64,000 nucleotides of DNA from assembly GCA_046313635.1 (NCBI GenBank), contig JBKBYA010000001.1, positions 684,340 to 748,339 on the forward strand. The letters are read 5' to 3'. The position numbers were made by a program, and so were the translations under genes. Shown piece by piece: positions 39,486 through 49,733 of the stretch. The stretch comes from Pyrinomonadaceae bacterium. GTDB lineage: Bacteria > Acidobacteriota > Blastocatellia > Pyrinomonadales > Pyrinomonadaceae. Below the pieces are notes generated by a model. It saw only the letters and a list, made by a program, of their open reading frames with translations. It did not search any database and was not told where the DNA came from. How positions within the stretch are numbered: the first letter of the stretch is position 1; every line of letters starts with the position of its first letter.

Positions 39486-40928
39486 ATGAGATCACCTTTA
39501 ACAATAAGGCTCGCATTGTCGGCGATCGCGTTATTGGCGACGGCCGGAGCGGCCCGCGCGCAGGATTACCTGCCGGAGCTCGTCAAGCGGATCAAGCCTT
39601 CGGCCGTCGCGATCGAGACGTTTGATTCGCGAGGGAATTCGTTGTCGCGCGGCAGCGGCTTTTTTGTCTCGCCGGACCGCGTCATCACCAACAAGCACGT
39701 CATCGACCGCTCGAGCCGCGTCGAGATACATCTGCTCGACGGCAAAAAATTTCCGGTCCGGGGCGTGCTGGCTGTCGACGGCGAGGGCGATCTCGCTCTG
39801 CTGCAGGTCGATCTGCCGAAAGGCATCGCGGTCGCTCCGCTGCCATTCGTCAAGACGGTTCCGCAGGAGGGCGAGTCGATCGTCGTGATCGGCAACCCGT
39901 ACGGCCTCGAGGGCAGCGTCTCGGACGGCATCGTGTCGGCCGTGCGAGAGATCCAGGGCTACGGCAAGATCATACAGATCACGGCCCCGATCTCGCCGGG
40001 CTCGTCCGGCTCGCCCGTGGTCAACATGCTCGGCGAGGTGATCGGCGTCGCGACGTTGCAGGCCGCCGAGGGACAAAGCCTGAACTTTGCCGTTCCCGCC
40101 GACCGCATCGGCCAGCTAAAGATCGGCGAGCTGCAGACCGTCTCGAACGTCTCCGCCGAGACGCAGCGCAACAAACGCTCGACCGCCGAGCGCAGCTACG
40201 CACAGGGGCTCGCCCAGCTCTCTCGCGACGATTTTGCTCGTGCTCTGCCTTACTTTGAGCGTGCGACCGAGATCGACGCGAATTACGCCGAAGCGTGGTA
40301 TCAGGCCGGATATTGCTACGGCGTTTTGGGCCGGCACTCCGACGCTCTCCGCGCTTCGCGGCAGGCGGCAAGGCTGCGGCCCGAGTGGGCGCAGGTTTAC
40401 GTCAACATCGGCGCGTCGAGCTTTGCTCTCGGCCAGTACAAGGACGCGCTCGAGGCTTACAAACAGGCCGCCAAGCTCGACGACGACAACGGCGAGATCC
40501 AGTACGCACTGGGGCTGACGCTCAACAAGCTCGGCCGCACCGACGAGGAGATACTCGCGTACAAACGGGCGCTCACATTCAAGCCCGACCTCGCCGGAGC
40601 GATGGAGAAGCTGGGCCTCGCGTACTTCAAGCAGAAGCGCTACTCGGACGCCGCGGCCGCATTCGAGCAGCTCAAGATCTACCGCCCCGACGAAAAGACC
40701 TACAACAATCTCGGCGAGGCGCTGCTCGAGCAGGACAAGTTTGAGGACAGCGTTTCAGCCTTTAACAACGCGCTCGGCTACAACCCGGATTTTGACCGGG
40801 CGAGATTCAACCTCGGCCGCGCGTACCTCAAGCTCGGCAATCGCGAGCTCGCGATGGTTCAGCTCGAGATACTGCGAAACTCACGCTCGGACTGGGCCGA
40901 CCGACTTTACGTCCTGCTTAATCCCTAA
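39486..40928 (+). CDS. Secreted trypsin-like serine protease with TPR repeats
   Basis: GSGF, TNKHV, DLAL, PGSSGSP; multiple TPRs. Confidence 0.9.
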   Translation: MRSPLTIRLALSAIALLATAGAARAQDYLPELVKRIKPSAVAIETFDSRGNSLSRGSGFFVSPDRVITNKHVIDRSSRVEIHLLDGKKFPVRGVLAVDGEGDLALLQVDLPKGIAVAPLPFVKTVPQEGESIVVIGNPYGLEGSVSDGIVSAVREIQGYGKIIQITAPISPGSSGSPVVNMLGEVIGVATLQAAEGQSLNFAVPADRIGQLKIGELQTVSNVSAETQRNKRSTAERSYAQGLAQLSRDDFARALPYFERATEIDANYAEAWYQAGYCYGVLGRHSDALRASRQAARLRPEWAQVYVNIGASSFALGQYKDALEAYKQAAKLDDDNGEIQYALGLTLNKLGRTDEEILAYKRALTFKPDLAGAMEKLGLAYFKQKRYSDAAAAFEQLKIYRPDEKTYNNLGEALLEQDKFEDSVSAFNNALGYNPDFDRARFNLGRAYLKLGNRELAMVQLEILRNSRSDWADRLYVLLNP

Positions 40929-41680
40929 ACGTCCTGCCTTCGATTGATCAGGCTCGCGACAAACCCCGCACCGAATCCGTTGTCGATATTGACGACCGTC
41001 ACGTTTGACGCGCACGAGTTGAGCATCCCGAGCAGCGCCGCGATGCCGCCGAATGACGCGCCATAGCCGATGCTCGTCGGCACCGCAATGACCGGCACCT
41101 TGACGAGCCCGCCGACGACCGACGGCAGAGCGCCTTCCATTCCGGCGGCGACGATCACAACTCGCGCTCCGGCAAGCGTTACTCGCTCGGCGAGGATGCG
41201 GTGAATGCCCGCGACGCCGGCGTCCCAGACGCGGCGAACGCGGTTGCCCATCGCTTCGGCGGTCAGCGCGGCCTCTTCGGCGACCGGGATGTCGCTCGTG
41301 CCGGCGGTGACGACGGCGATCTCGCCCGTGCCGAGCTCGGTCCTGTCGCGGATCACGCGGATCAGCCTCGCCGACTCGTGCCACTCGGCATCGCCGGCGA
41401 CGTTGCGGATCTCGCCAAAGGTATCGGCGTCGGTCCGCGTGACGAGCACGTTCGGCGAGCGGGCGATCAATTTTTCAAAGATGCCGACGATCTGCTCCCG
41501 CGTCTTGCCCTGGCCAAAGATCACCTCCGGAAAGCCCTGCCGCGCCGAGCGCGCGTGATCGACGCGGGCGTAGCCGATGTCCTCGAATCCCAGATTCCGG
41601 ATCTGCTCGGCCGCCTGCCGCTCGCTCATCGTCCCGGCCGAAAAGGCGCGAAGTATCGCTTCGATGTCTTCAGTTCTCAT
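40925..41680 (-). CDS. larB: LarB-family (PurE-like) protein
   Basis: [42 protein letters not shown]. Confidence 0.88.
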   Translation of the reverse strand: MRTEDIEAILRAFSAGTMSERQAAEQIRNLGFEDIGYARVDHARSARQGFPEVIFGQGKTREQIVGIFEKLIARSPNVLVTRTDADTFGEIRNVAGDAEWHESARLIRVIRDRTELGTGEIAVVTAGTSDIPVAEEAALTAEAMGNRVRRVWDAGVAGIHRILAERVTLAGARVVIVAAGMEGALPSVVGGLVKVPVIAVPTSIGYGASFGGIAALLGMLNSCASNVTVVNIDNGFGAGFVASLINRRQDV

Positions 41681-41717
41681 ATCGCGTAAGAGTCGAATCT
41701 ACAACACCGCCGGGCCC

Positions 41718-41753
41718 AAACAAAAAAACGGCGGGAAAACCGTTTCCCGCCGT
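41718..41753 (-). terminator. Intrinsic terminator after the small ORF
   Basis: ACGGCGGGAAA/TTTCCCGCCGT hairpin plus TTTTTTGTTT on the minus strand. Confidence 0.8.
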
Positions 41754-41787
41754 AAAGCGTTGAGGAGGAGTATCAGAAGATGGATGA

Positions 41788-41907
41788 TCAGACAAAGATC
41801 CCGACGTACTTGTACCAGGAGGCGAGCCTTATCATCACGGCCGACACCACTCCGCTCGTGACGACGCCGAGCAAAACTTTGCAGAACAAACAGTCCAGAT
41901 CGTTCAT
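41788..41907 (-). CDS. 39-aa hydrophobic peptide with CxxC
   Basis: MNDLDCLFCKVLLGVVTSGVVSAVMIRLASWYKYVGIFV; consensus SD AAAGGAGGT 5 nt upstream; own terminator. Confidence 0.7.
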   Translation of the reverse strand: MNDLDCLFCKVLLGVVTSGVVSAVMIRLASWYKYVGIFV

Positions 41908-42085
41908 GGCTTACCTCCTTTCCAGGATCTTATCGCTTGCGGCCCTGCGAATATTCCGCTTTGTGCCGCCTTCAACCTGATACGCGGGGCGGCCGGGCGA
42001 TACGTATCACCCGCGGAAGAAAATTTTTGTTCGGCAGGCAAAATTGCGCTATCCAGCAAACGAAAACTAAAATCCCCTTGAACCT

Positions 42086-42700
42086 ATGGAACTCACAGTC
42101 GCCATCACCGGAGCCTCCGGCACCATCTACGCGCACCGCACGCTGCAATTGCTGGCCGCGAGCCGCGCGGTCGAGACGATCAATCTCGTAATGTCGTCGA
42201 CGGCGGCGACCGTCGCTCAGGTCGAGATGGGCGTGAATCTGCGCGAGCCTTCGGTCGCGAAGTTCAACGAGTGGCTCGGGCTGCCCGCAGATTCACGGCT
42301 TATACGCTTTTGGCGGCTCGACAATCTCGCGGCAAAGCCGTCGTCGGGCTCCAACAAACAGGCCGGGATGATAATCGTCCCGTGCTCGATGGGCACGCTC
42401 GGCGCGATCGCGTCGGGTGCGGGCACACATCTCATTCACCGCGCCGCGGACGTCTGTCTCAAAGAGGGCCGCAAGCTCATCCTCGTTCCGCGAGAGACGC
42501 CTTACAACGCGATCCATCTCGAGAATATGCTGCGGCTCGCACACGCCGGAGCGCGGATAATGCCGGCGAGCCCCGGCTTTTACCACCGGCCGCAGACGAT
42601 CGCGGAGCTGGTCGATCATCTCTGCTACCGGATCCTCGATCAGTTCGACATCCCCCACGAGCGACGGACGCAGTGGACGGGCGAGGAGGTCGCGGAGTAG
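42086..42700 (+). CDS. ubiX: Flavin prenyltransferase
   Basis: ITGASG, SSGS, PCSM, RAADV.LKE, PRETP, PGFY. Confidence 0.93.
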   Translation: MELTVAITGASGTIYAHRTLQLLAASRAVETINLVMSSTAATVAQVEMGVNLREPSVAKFNEWLGLPADSRLIRFWRLDNLAAKPSSGSNKQAGMIIVPCSMGTLGAIASGAGTHLIHRAADVCLKEGRKLILVPRETPYNAIHLENMLRLAHAGARIMPASPGFYHRPQTIAELVDHLCYRILDQFDIPHERRTQWTGEEVAE

Positions 42701-43378
42701 ATGAAAGCGAAGCTCTCGATCGCGATCGTCTTCGCCGTGCTGCTCGCGTCGGCCGCGGGGTTTGCGCAGGAGAGATACGTTCGCCCGGTTGACGAGGCCT
42801 TGCAGGATAAGAGCTTTGTCGAATTTCGAAAAAAGCTGATCGCGGCGGTCGAGCGGCGGGATGTAAAGTTTCTCCTTTCGATCGTCGACGCTCGCATCAA
42901 GAACAGCTTCGGGGGCGACGACGGCGTCGCCGAGTTCAAGCAGCAGTGGAATATCGGGACAAAGAACAGCAAATTCTGGGACGAGTTCCTGATCGTCGTA
43001 TCGAATGGCGGCCGGTGGATACGCGACGACGAGAGCGGGACGAAACTCTTTCTTGCTCCGTACACATTTCAGGCGTTTCCCGACGACCTTGACGCGTTCG
43101 AGTACTCGGTGATCTTTGGCAAGGACGTCAACCTTCGCGCCCGGCCGTCGGCTGATGCGCCGGTCGTGGCAAAGCTCTCGTACAACGTCGTAAAGATCAC
43201 GGCTAACATTCCCAAAAGGAACGACCGCGACGCGGCGGAGTGGTACAAGGTCGAGACGCTCGGCGGCAAGAGCGGATGGGTCAAGGCCGATTTCGTCCGC
43301 AGCCCGATCGACTACCGCGCGGCCTTTGTAAAAAAGCGCGGCGTTTGGAAGATGACGGCCTTTATCGCCGGAGACTGA
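42701..43378 (+). CDS. Secreted SH3b-domain protein
   Basis: VNLRARPS..APVV.KL, WYKV...GWV. Confidence 0.8.
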   Translation: MKAKLSIAIVFAVLLASAAGFAQERYVRPVDEALQDKSFVEFRKKLIAAVERRDVKFLLSIVDARIKNSFGGDDGVAEFKQQWNIGTKNSKFWDEFLIVVSNGGRWIRDDESGTKLFLAPYTFQAFPDDLDAFEYSVIFGKDVNLRARPSADAPVVAKLSYNVVKITANIPKRNDRDAAEWYKVETLGGKSGWVKADFVRSPIDYRAAFVKKRGVWKMTAFIAGD

Positions 43379-43379
43379 G

Positions 43380-44135
43380 ATGACCGACACGATCGAGCGT
43401 TTTTCAAACCGAGTTGAGAATTACATCAAGTACCGCCCCGGTTATCCCGCTGGGGTTTTGCGGCTTTTCAGGGAAGAGATGGGACTCGTGCCCGGATCGG
43501 TCGTCGCCGATATCGGCTCGGGGCCGGGCGTTTCGACACGGATGTTTCTCGAGAACGGCAATACGGTCTACGCCGTCGAGCCGAACGACGCGATGCGCGC
43601 CGCGGCCGAGCATCTGCTTGGTCACGATCCAAACTTCAAAAGCGTGAAAGGCACCGCCGAGGCGACCGCGCTGCCGGATGCATCGGCGGACATCGTCACT
43701 GCCGCGCAGGCGTTTCACTGGTTTGATCGCGAACGGGCGAGAAGGGAATTTCAGCGCATCCTAAAACCCGGCGGATGGGTCGCCCTGATCTGGAATCTGC
43801 GGCTCGTCGACGGCACGCCTTTTCTTGGCGAGTACGAGCGGTTTCTGCTCGATCACGCTACCGACTACGCGGCGGTGCGGCACGACAACATCACCGAGGA
43901 CGAGATCCGCGAGTTCTTTGGCAGCGAATACGGGCACGCCGTTTTTGACAATGTTCAGGTCTTTGACTTTGCGGGGCTGCGGGGCCGTATGTTCTCGGCG
44001 TCGTATATGCCTGCCGAGAGAACGCCGGCCGGCGAGCGCGCCGAAAAAGAACTGCGGCTGCTTTTTGATTCGCACCAGCGTGACGGTAGAATAGAGGTTC
44101 GCTACAACACCAATATTTACTACAGTAAGTTCTAG
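43380..44135 (+). CDS. Class I SAM-dependent methyltransferase
   Basis: [24 protein letters not shown]. Confidence 0.88.
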   Translation: MTDTIERFSNRVENYIKYRPGYPAGVLRLFREEMGLVPGSVVADIGSGPGVSTRMFLENGNTVYAVEPNDAMRAAAEHLLGHDPNFKSVKGTAEATALPDASADIVTAAQAFHWFDRERARREFQRILKPGGWVALIWNLRLVDGTPFLGEYERFLLDHATDYAAVRHDNITEDEIREFFGSEYGHAVFDNVQVFDFAGLRGRMFSASYMPAERTPAGERAEKELRLLFDSHQRDGRIEVRYNTNIYYSKF

Positions 44136-44140
44136 CTTTT

Positions 44141-45001
<861 letters not shown>

Positions 45002-45236
45002 GTCAGAACCGCCCCGCGTAAGCGGGCGGGCTCTTCCTCTCCGCTGTCACTGCACAACACGCGACAACGATCAACCCGCGGGCCCACACGGCCCGCGTTT
45101 TTTTTGCCCCGAGTTCGAGGCGGCCGCAGTATTTTTGGCAGCGGATGAAGCGGATCGGTCGGATAATGCGGATAGGTAGATCTTTCTCGATCACTTCTCG
45201 ATCCGTACTATCCGGCTCATCCGTTTTATCCGCTGC
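45002..45236. repeat. REP-like arm plus GCGGAT/ATCCG inverted motif array
   Basis: GTCAGAACCGCC at 45002; CGGAT units at 45140-45173 face ATCCG units at 45201-45233. Confidence 0.55.
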
Positions 45237-45335
45237 GAGAATGCGGAGTCATCAGCCGACCCGGAAATCCGCGGCTCGTGTCAACTTTTGCGCGGGCGCG
45301 AGCATCTTATGGCCGACACTCAGAGGATTTGAGAG

Positions 45336-46148
45336 ATGAAAAAAATATTCCCCGCCAGTCTGGTCCTGTGTTTCGCTGCGGCAATCTCGGCATTCGGCCA
45401 AGGCGATACGGTACAGCGCGTCCCGCTCGACCAGGCGCAGATCGACCGGATCATCAAGGCGTTTACCGAGAACGAGTCAAAGTTTCGAATGGCGTTGACC
45501 AACTACGTCTTTAACCGCAGCGCGACGGTCAGCACGCTCGGGATGGGCGGGCAGATCACGGGGACGTTCCGGCGCGATTCGTTCATGTCTTTGACGCCGA
45601 GCGGCGAACGGTTTGAAAAGATCCTCTTCGCACCGATCGCGACGACACCGCCGGGATTTGTCACGCCCGAAGATCTCGAGGACCTCGGCGGCGTGACGCC
45701 CTTTGCGCTCGAGCCTTCGGCGATACCGCAGTACAACTTTGTCTATGTCGGCAAGGACAAGATCGACGATCTGAGCCTTTACGTCTTTGACGTCACGCCC
45801 AAGGTCATCCCCGATCCTAAAAGGTCGAAGCTTCGCCTTTTCACCGGCCGCATTTGGGTCGACGATCAGGACCTGATGATCGTCAAGACCAAGGGCAAGG
45901 CCGTGCCCGAGACCAAGATCAACAAGTTCCCGGTCGTCGAGACGTGGCGAGAGAATATCGACGGCAAGTACTGGTTCCCGACCTACGCGTCGTCCGACGA
46001 CGAGCTCGTCTTTGACAGCGGCGAGACGGTCAGGCTGAGGATGCGCGTCAAGTACACCGACTATAAACTCGGCCGCACCGACGTCCGCATCCTCGACGAC
46101 GAAGAAGAGACAAAGCCCACGCCAAGCCCGACGCCTAAAAAGCCCTAA
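45336..46148 (+). CDS. Secreted beta-rich hypothetical protein
   Basis: Signal peptide; F.GRIWVD..DL.IVK and YWFP motifs. Confidence 0.75.
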   Translation: MKKIFPASLVLCFAAAISAFGQGDTVQRVPLDQAQIDRIIKAFTENESKFRMALTNYVFNRSATVSTLGMGGQITGTFRRDSFMSLTPSGERFEKILFAPIATTPPGFVTPEDLEDLGGVTPFALEPSAIPQYNFVYVGKDKIDDLSLYVFDVTPKVIPDPKRSKLRLFTGRIWVDDQDLMIVKTKGKAVPETKINKFPVVETWRENIDGKYWFPTYASSDDELVFDSGETVRLRMRVKYTDYKLGRTDVRILDDEEETKPTPSPTPKKP

Positions 46149-46149
46149 A

Positions 46150-46286
46150 CGGAACGCGGACGCCCTCGTCCGCATGAGCGTTCGTCTTCGGACGCGAAGA
46201 GAAATGCCGGAGAACCATCTGACTTGATTCTCCGGCGTCTCGTCTTCGTGCTTCGCACTCATGCGGACGAGGGCGTCCGCGTTCCG
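46150..46286. repeat. REPIN-like element with 29-bp perfect terminal inverted repeats
   Basis: CGGAACGCGGACGCCCTCGTCCGCATGAG (46150-46178) and its reverse complement (46258-46286); inner GCCGGAGAA/TTCTCCGGC hairpin. Confidence 0.88.
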
Positions 46287-47074
46287 CCGGAGAGTTCTTG
46301 GGCGATCGCTTCGCGGGTCTTACGGAGGAGTTCGCTCACGCCTTTGTCGGGGTCGAGGCCGGCGACGTCGATCGGCGGGAGCAGAGTCATTTCGATCGTG
46401 CCCGGATAGAGCACGCCCGAGCGTTTGCCCATCATCCAGTCGGTATTCTTGATGGCGACCGGGACGACCGGCACGCCGGTCTGCAGGGCGAGATGAAAGG
46501 CGCCTTTTTTGAATGGCAGCAGCTCGCCCGGCATCGCCCGCGTGCCCTCGACAAAGACGCCAAAGGAATATCCGTCGGCGATCACCTCGCGGGCCTTTTC
46601 CATCGAGCGGCGGGCGCGTTCGGCATTGGAGCGGTCGATAGCGATGATGTTGACAAAGCTCATCCCCTGACCGAGTACGGGCGCTTTGAGCAGCTCTTTT
46701 TTGGCGACGAGGCCGATCCGCCGGCCGGCGTAGCGAAACAGCGCGGCCGTGTCGAGATACGAGCGATGATTTGACGCAAAGACGTACTGGCGCCCGGGCT
46801 CGAGATGCTCCTGCCCGGTCACCTTTACTCTTGCGCCGCAGAGCCGCAGCCACGTTTTGGCTCCCCAGAGCGCAAGCGGGTAAAGCGCGCGCCGGCGGTT
46901 AACCATCCAGAGCACGACGAGGGCCGGAGCGCCGATAAAGAGCAGCATCACTGAAGCGGCGAGCCAGCACCACCAGTAACGAACTTTCCCGCCCAAACGC
47001 GATTTGTTAACCTGCTTGACGGGAATCACAAGCTTCTTGTTCTCACCAATCTCCGCGAGGGAAATCTCAGGCAT
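46259..47074 (-). CDS. plsC: 1-acyl-sn-glycerol-3-phosphate acyltransferase
   Basis: NHRSYLD, AKKEL, IDR, FVEGTR, FKKGAF; start uncertain. Confidence 0.88.
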   Translation of the reverse strand: MPEISLAEIGENKKLVIPVKQVNKSRLGGKVRYWWCWLAASVMLLFIGAPALVVLWMVNRRRALYPLALWGAKTWLRLCGARVKVTGQEHLEPGRQYVFASNHRSYLDTAALFRYAGRRIGLVAKKELLKAPVLGQGMSFVNIIAIDRSNAERARRSMEKAREVIADGYSFGVFVEGTRAMPGELLPFKKGAFHLALQTGVPVVPVAIKNTDWMMGKRSGVLYPGTIEMTLLPPIDVAGLDPDKGVSELLRKTREAIAQELSGGTRTPSSA

Positions 47075-49562
47075 GGCGAATAGTCTAAGGTCCAAGGTCC
47101 AAAGTCCAAAGTCGGACGCGGGAAGTTCATGGTTCAGAGTTCAGGGTTCGAAGTTCAGAGACGGAGAGCTCTCCCGTCTCTCTGCGGCTTTGCGGCTTTG
47201 CGGGATATTTCTTGCGCTCTCGCTCGCGGCACTCGCGCAGGTGCCGTCGCCGGAGTCGGTCCTAGGGTTTCGACCGACCGACGACCGCACGATCGCCGAT
47301 TGGAGCCAGATCGTCGATTACTTTGCAAAGCTCGATCGCGCGAGCGACAAGGTCGCGGTCCGCGAGATCGGCAAGTCGACGCTTGGGCGTCCGCTGATCG
47401 TCGCCTTTATCTCATCGCCGTCGAACATCAAGAATCTCGAACGTTATCGTCAGATCTCCGCCAAGCTCGCCGACCCGCGAACGATCCGCGACGCCGGTGA
47501 GGCCGAAGACCTCATCAAGAACGGCAAGACCATCGTCGCTATCTCGTGCTCGATCCACTCGACCGAGATCGTCGCTTCGCAGATGTCGATGAATCTCGCT
47601 TACGAGCTCGCGACGGCGAACGACGCCGAGACGCGCGAGATCCTCGACAACACCATCCTGTTGCTGATCCCTTCGCCGAATCCTGACGGAATACAGATCG
47701 TCGCCGACTGGTACCGCAAGACGCTCGGCACAAAGGCCGAGGGCACCGCTCCGCCCGAGCTCTATCACCACTACGCGGGTCACGACGACAACCGCGACTG
47801 GTTCATGCTCAACCTCGCCGAGACGCAGGCCGTCACCAAGCTCTTTTGGCAGGAGTGGTTCCCGCAGCTCGTCTACGACGTGCACCAGCAGGGACAGACG
47901 AATTCGCGATTCATCATCCCGCCCTTCTACGACCCGGCAAATCCGCGCGTCTCGCCGTCGATACTTCGCGAGGTCGGGCTGATCGGCTACAAGATGGCCG
48001 CTGACCTGCAGGCGAAGGGCGTGAAGGGCGTCGCGACCAATTCGACCTACGACACGTGGTGGCACGGCGGCTTTCGCTCGGCGCCGTACTATCACAATTC
48101 GATCGGCATCCTGAGCGAGGCGGCCAGCGCCGATCTGATGACGCCGGTCAAGATAACGCCCGAGCAGCTCAAAAAGGCGCGGCCCGTGCGCGGCCTGCCT
48201 TCGCTTGTTGATACAGCGACGAACTATCCCGACCCCTGGCTCGGCGGCACGTGGGGCCCGCGCGATATCGCCAACATCGAGATGATCGCGAGCCGCGCGC
48301 TGCTGCAGATGGCGGCGAAGTTTCGGCCGCGGTATTTGCGCAATTTCTACGAGCTCGGCCGTGCCAACACGATGCCCGACCCGTCGGAGCCGCAGGCTTT
48401 CGTCATTACGGCCGGCCAGCCGAATGGCGAGGCCGCGGCGCGGCTGATCGAGATCCTGATGTGGCAGGGCATCGAGGTGTACGAGATGACCCGAGAGCTG
48501 CACGTCAAGATGCAGCCGACGCAGACGGACTTTCACGAGCTGCCGCTGAGGAGCTTTGTCGTCTTTGTCAACCAGCCGCAGAAGATGAACGTCCTCAGCC
48601 TGTTTGAAAAGCAGGAGTATCCTCACCGCCTTTTGCCGAACGGTGAGGCCGAGGTCCCGTACGACGTCGCCGGCTGGACGCTCCCGCTGCAGATGGGCGT
48701 CGATCACGAGGCGGTCTGGCAGATCCGCGATCTCGAAAAAGAACGGCCGTTGCTCAAGCGCGTCGCGCACCCGAACCAGGCACGCGCCGCATTCAACCTT
48801 CACCAGTCCGGCACGCCCTTCAAAGGGCAGGCGTACCCGCTCAGATCGCGGCCGCTCGTCGGCCTCTACCGCGGATACACGTCGTCGATGGACGAGGGCT
48901 GGACGCGCTTTGTCCTCGATACGTTCTCGATCCCGTTCAAGCCGCTGCGCGACGCGGACATTCGCGGCGGCGATCTCAATTGCCGACTGGCCGTCGAATG
49001 CGACGTCGTCATACTGCCGTCCGACGGCGAGAATGCGATCGTAAAGGGCATCACAAACGAGAACTATCCGGCCGAATTCACCGGCGGCATCGGCGATGCG
49101 GGCGTCGAAAACCTCAAAAGGTTTGTCGACCGCGGCGGCCGTCTCGTCTGCTTTGACGACTCGTGCGAGATGGTCATCAAGCGGTTTGGCCTGCCGGTGA
49201 AGAACGTGCTCGACGGACTGAAGCGAAGCGAATTTTACAATCCCGGCTCGATCGTGCGGCTCGACGTCGATACGTCGCATCCGCTCGCCCGCGGCCAGGC
49301 TCCGGACACGGCCGCCTACTTCATCAACAGCGCGGCGTACGAGATCGGCGACGCGTCACGAGTTCGCTCGGTCGCGCGCTACGCCGCAAAGGATGCGCTG
49401 CTCTCGGGCTGGATGCTCGGCGAAAAATATCTTAACGGCAAGACCGCGCTCGCCGAGGCCTCGTACGGCAAAGGCCGGATCGTCCTCTTCGGCTTTCGTC
49501 CGCAGCATCGCGGGCAAACGTGGGGCACGTTCCGTTTCATCTTCAACGCCCTTGAGCGGTGA
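47073..49562 (+). CDS. M14 zinc carboxypeptidase-like secreted protein
   Basis: IHSTE, NPDG, DNRD, DVHQ; C-terminal GATase-like domain; true start may be near 47190. Confidence 0.85.
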   Translation: MANSLRSKVQSPKSDAGSSWFRVQGSKFRDGELSRLSAALRLCGIFLALSLAALAQVPSPESVLGFRPTDDRTIADWSQIVDYFAKLDRASDKVAVREIGKSTLGRPLIVAFISSPSNIKNLERYRQISAKLADPRTIRDAGEAEDLIKNGKTIVAISCSIHSTEIVASQMSMNLAYELATANDAETREILDNTILLLIPSPNPDGIQIVADWYRKTLGTKAEGTAPPELYHHYAGHDDNRDWFMLNLAETQAVTKLFWQEWFPQLVYDVHQQGQTNSRFIIPPFYDPANPRVSPSILREVGLIGYKMAADLQAKGVKGVATNSTYDTWWHGGFRSAPYYHNSIGILSEAASADLMTPVKITPEQLKKARPVRGLPSLVDTATNYPDPWLGGTWGPRDIANIEMIASRALLQMAAKFRPRYLRNFYELGRANTMPDPSEPQAFVITAGQPNGEAAARLIEILMWQGIEVYEMTRELHVKMQPTQTDFHELPLRSFVVFVNQPQKMNVLSLFEKQEYPHRLLPNGEAEVPYDVAGWTLPLQMGVDHEAVWQIRDLEKERPLLKRVAHPNQARAAFNLHQSGTPFKGQAYPLRSRPLVGLYRGYTSSMDEGWTRFVLDTFSIPFKPLRDADIRGGDLNCRLAVECDVVILPSDGENAIVKGITNENYPAEFTGGIGDAGVENLKRFVDRGGRLVCFDDSCEMVIKRFGLPVKNVLDGLKRSEFYNPGSIVRLDVDTSHPLARGQAPDTAAYFINSAAYEIGDASRVRSVARYAAKDALLSGWMLGEKYLNGKTALAEASYGKGRIVLFGFRPQHRGQTWGTFRFIFNALER

Positions 49563-49578
49563 CCGCGGTCGTGTCTGT

Positions 49579-49679
49579 AGCCCGCACGTAAGTAAGGGCT
49601 CAAGATTGTTCGTCGTCTACGTTGAAGGGGCCTGACTCGTTGAGGATCGCTGCGTTGAGCCCTTACTCACGTGCGGGCT
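49579..49679. repeat. REP-like inverted repeat doublet
   Basis: AGCCCGCACGTAAGTAAGGGCTCAA / TTGAGCCCTTACTCACGTGCGGGCT (1 mismatch); related arm at 25043-25063. Confidence 0.8.
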
Positions 49680-49733
49680 GCTGACACATGAGCCGCCAAG
49701 GCTCGCCTAAGCCGCTGTGTTAAAATCTCGTTT

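Noticed and set aside
41780..41980. 66-aa plus-strand ORF as a stand-alone gene
   Set aside because: Antisense to a better-supported peptide gene with consensus SD and terminator; kept only as part of that finding.
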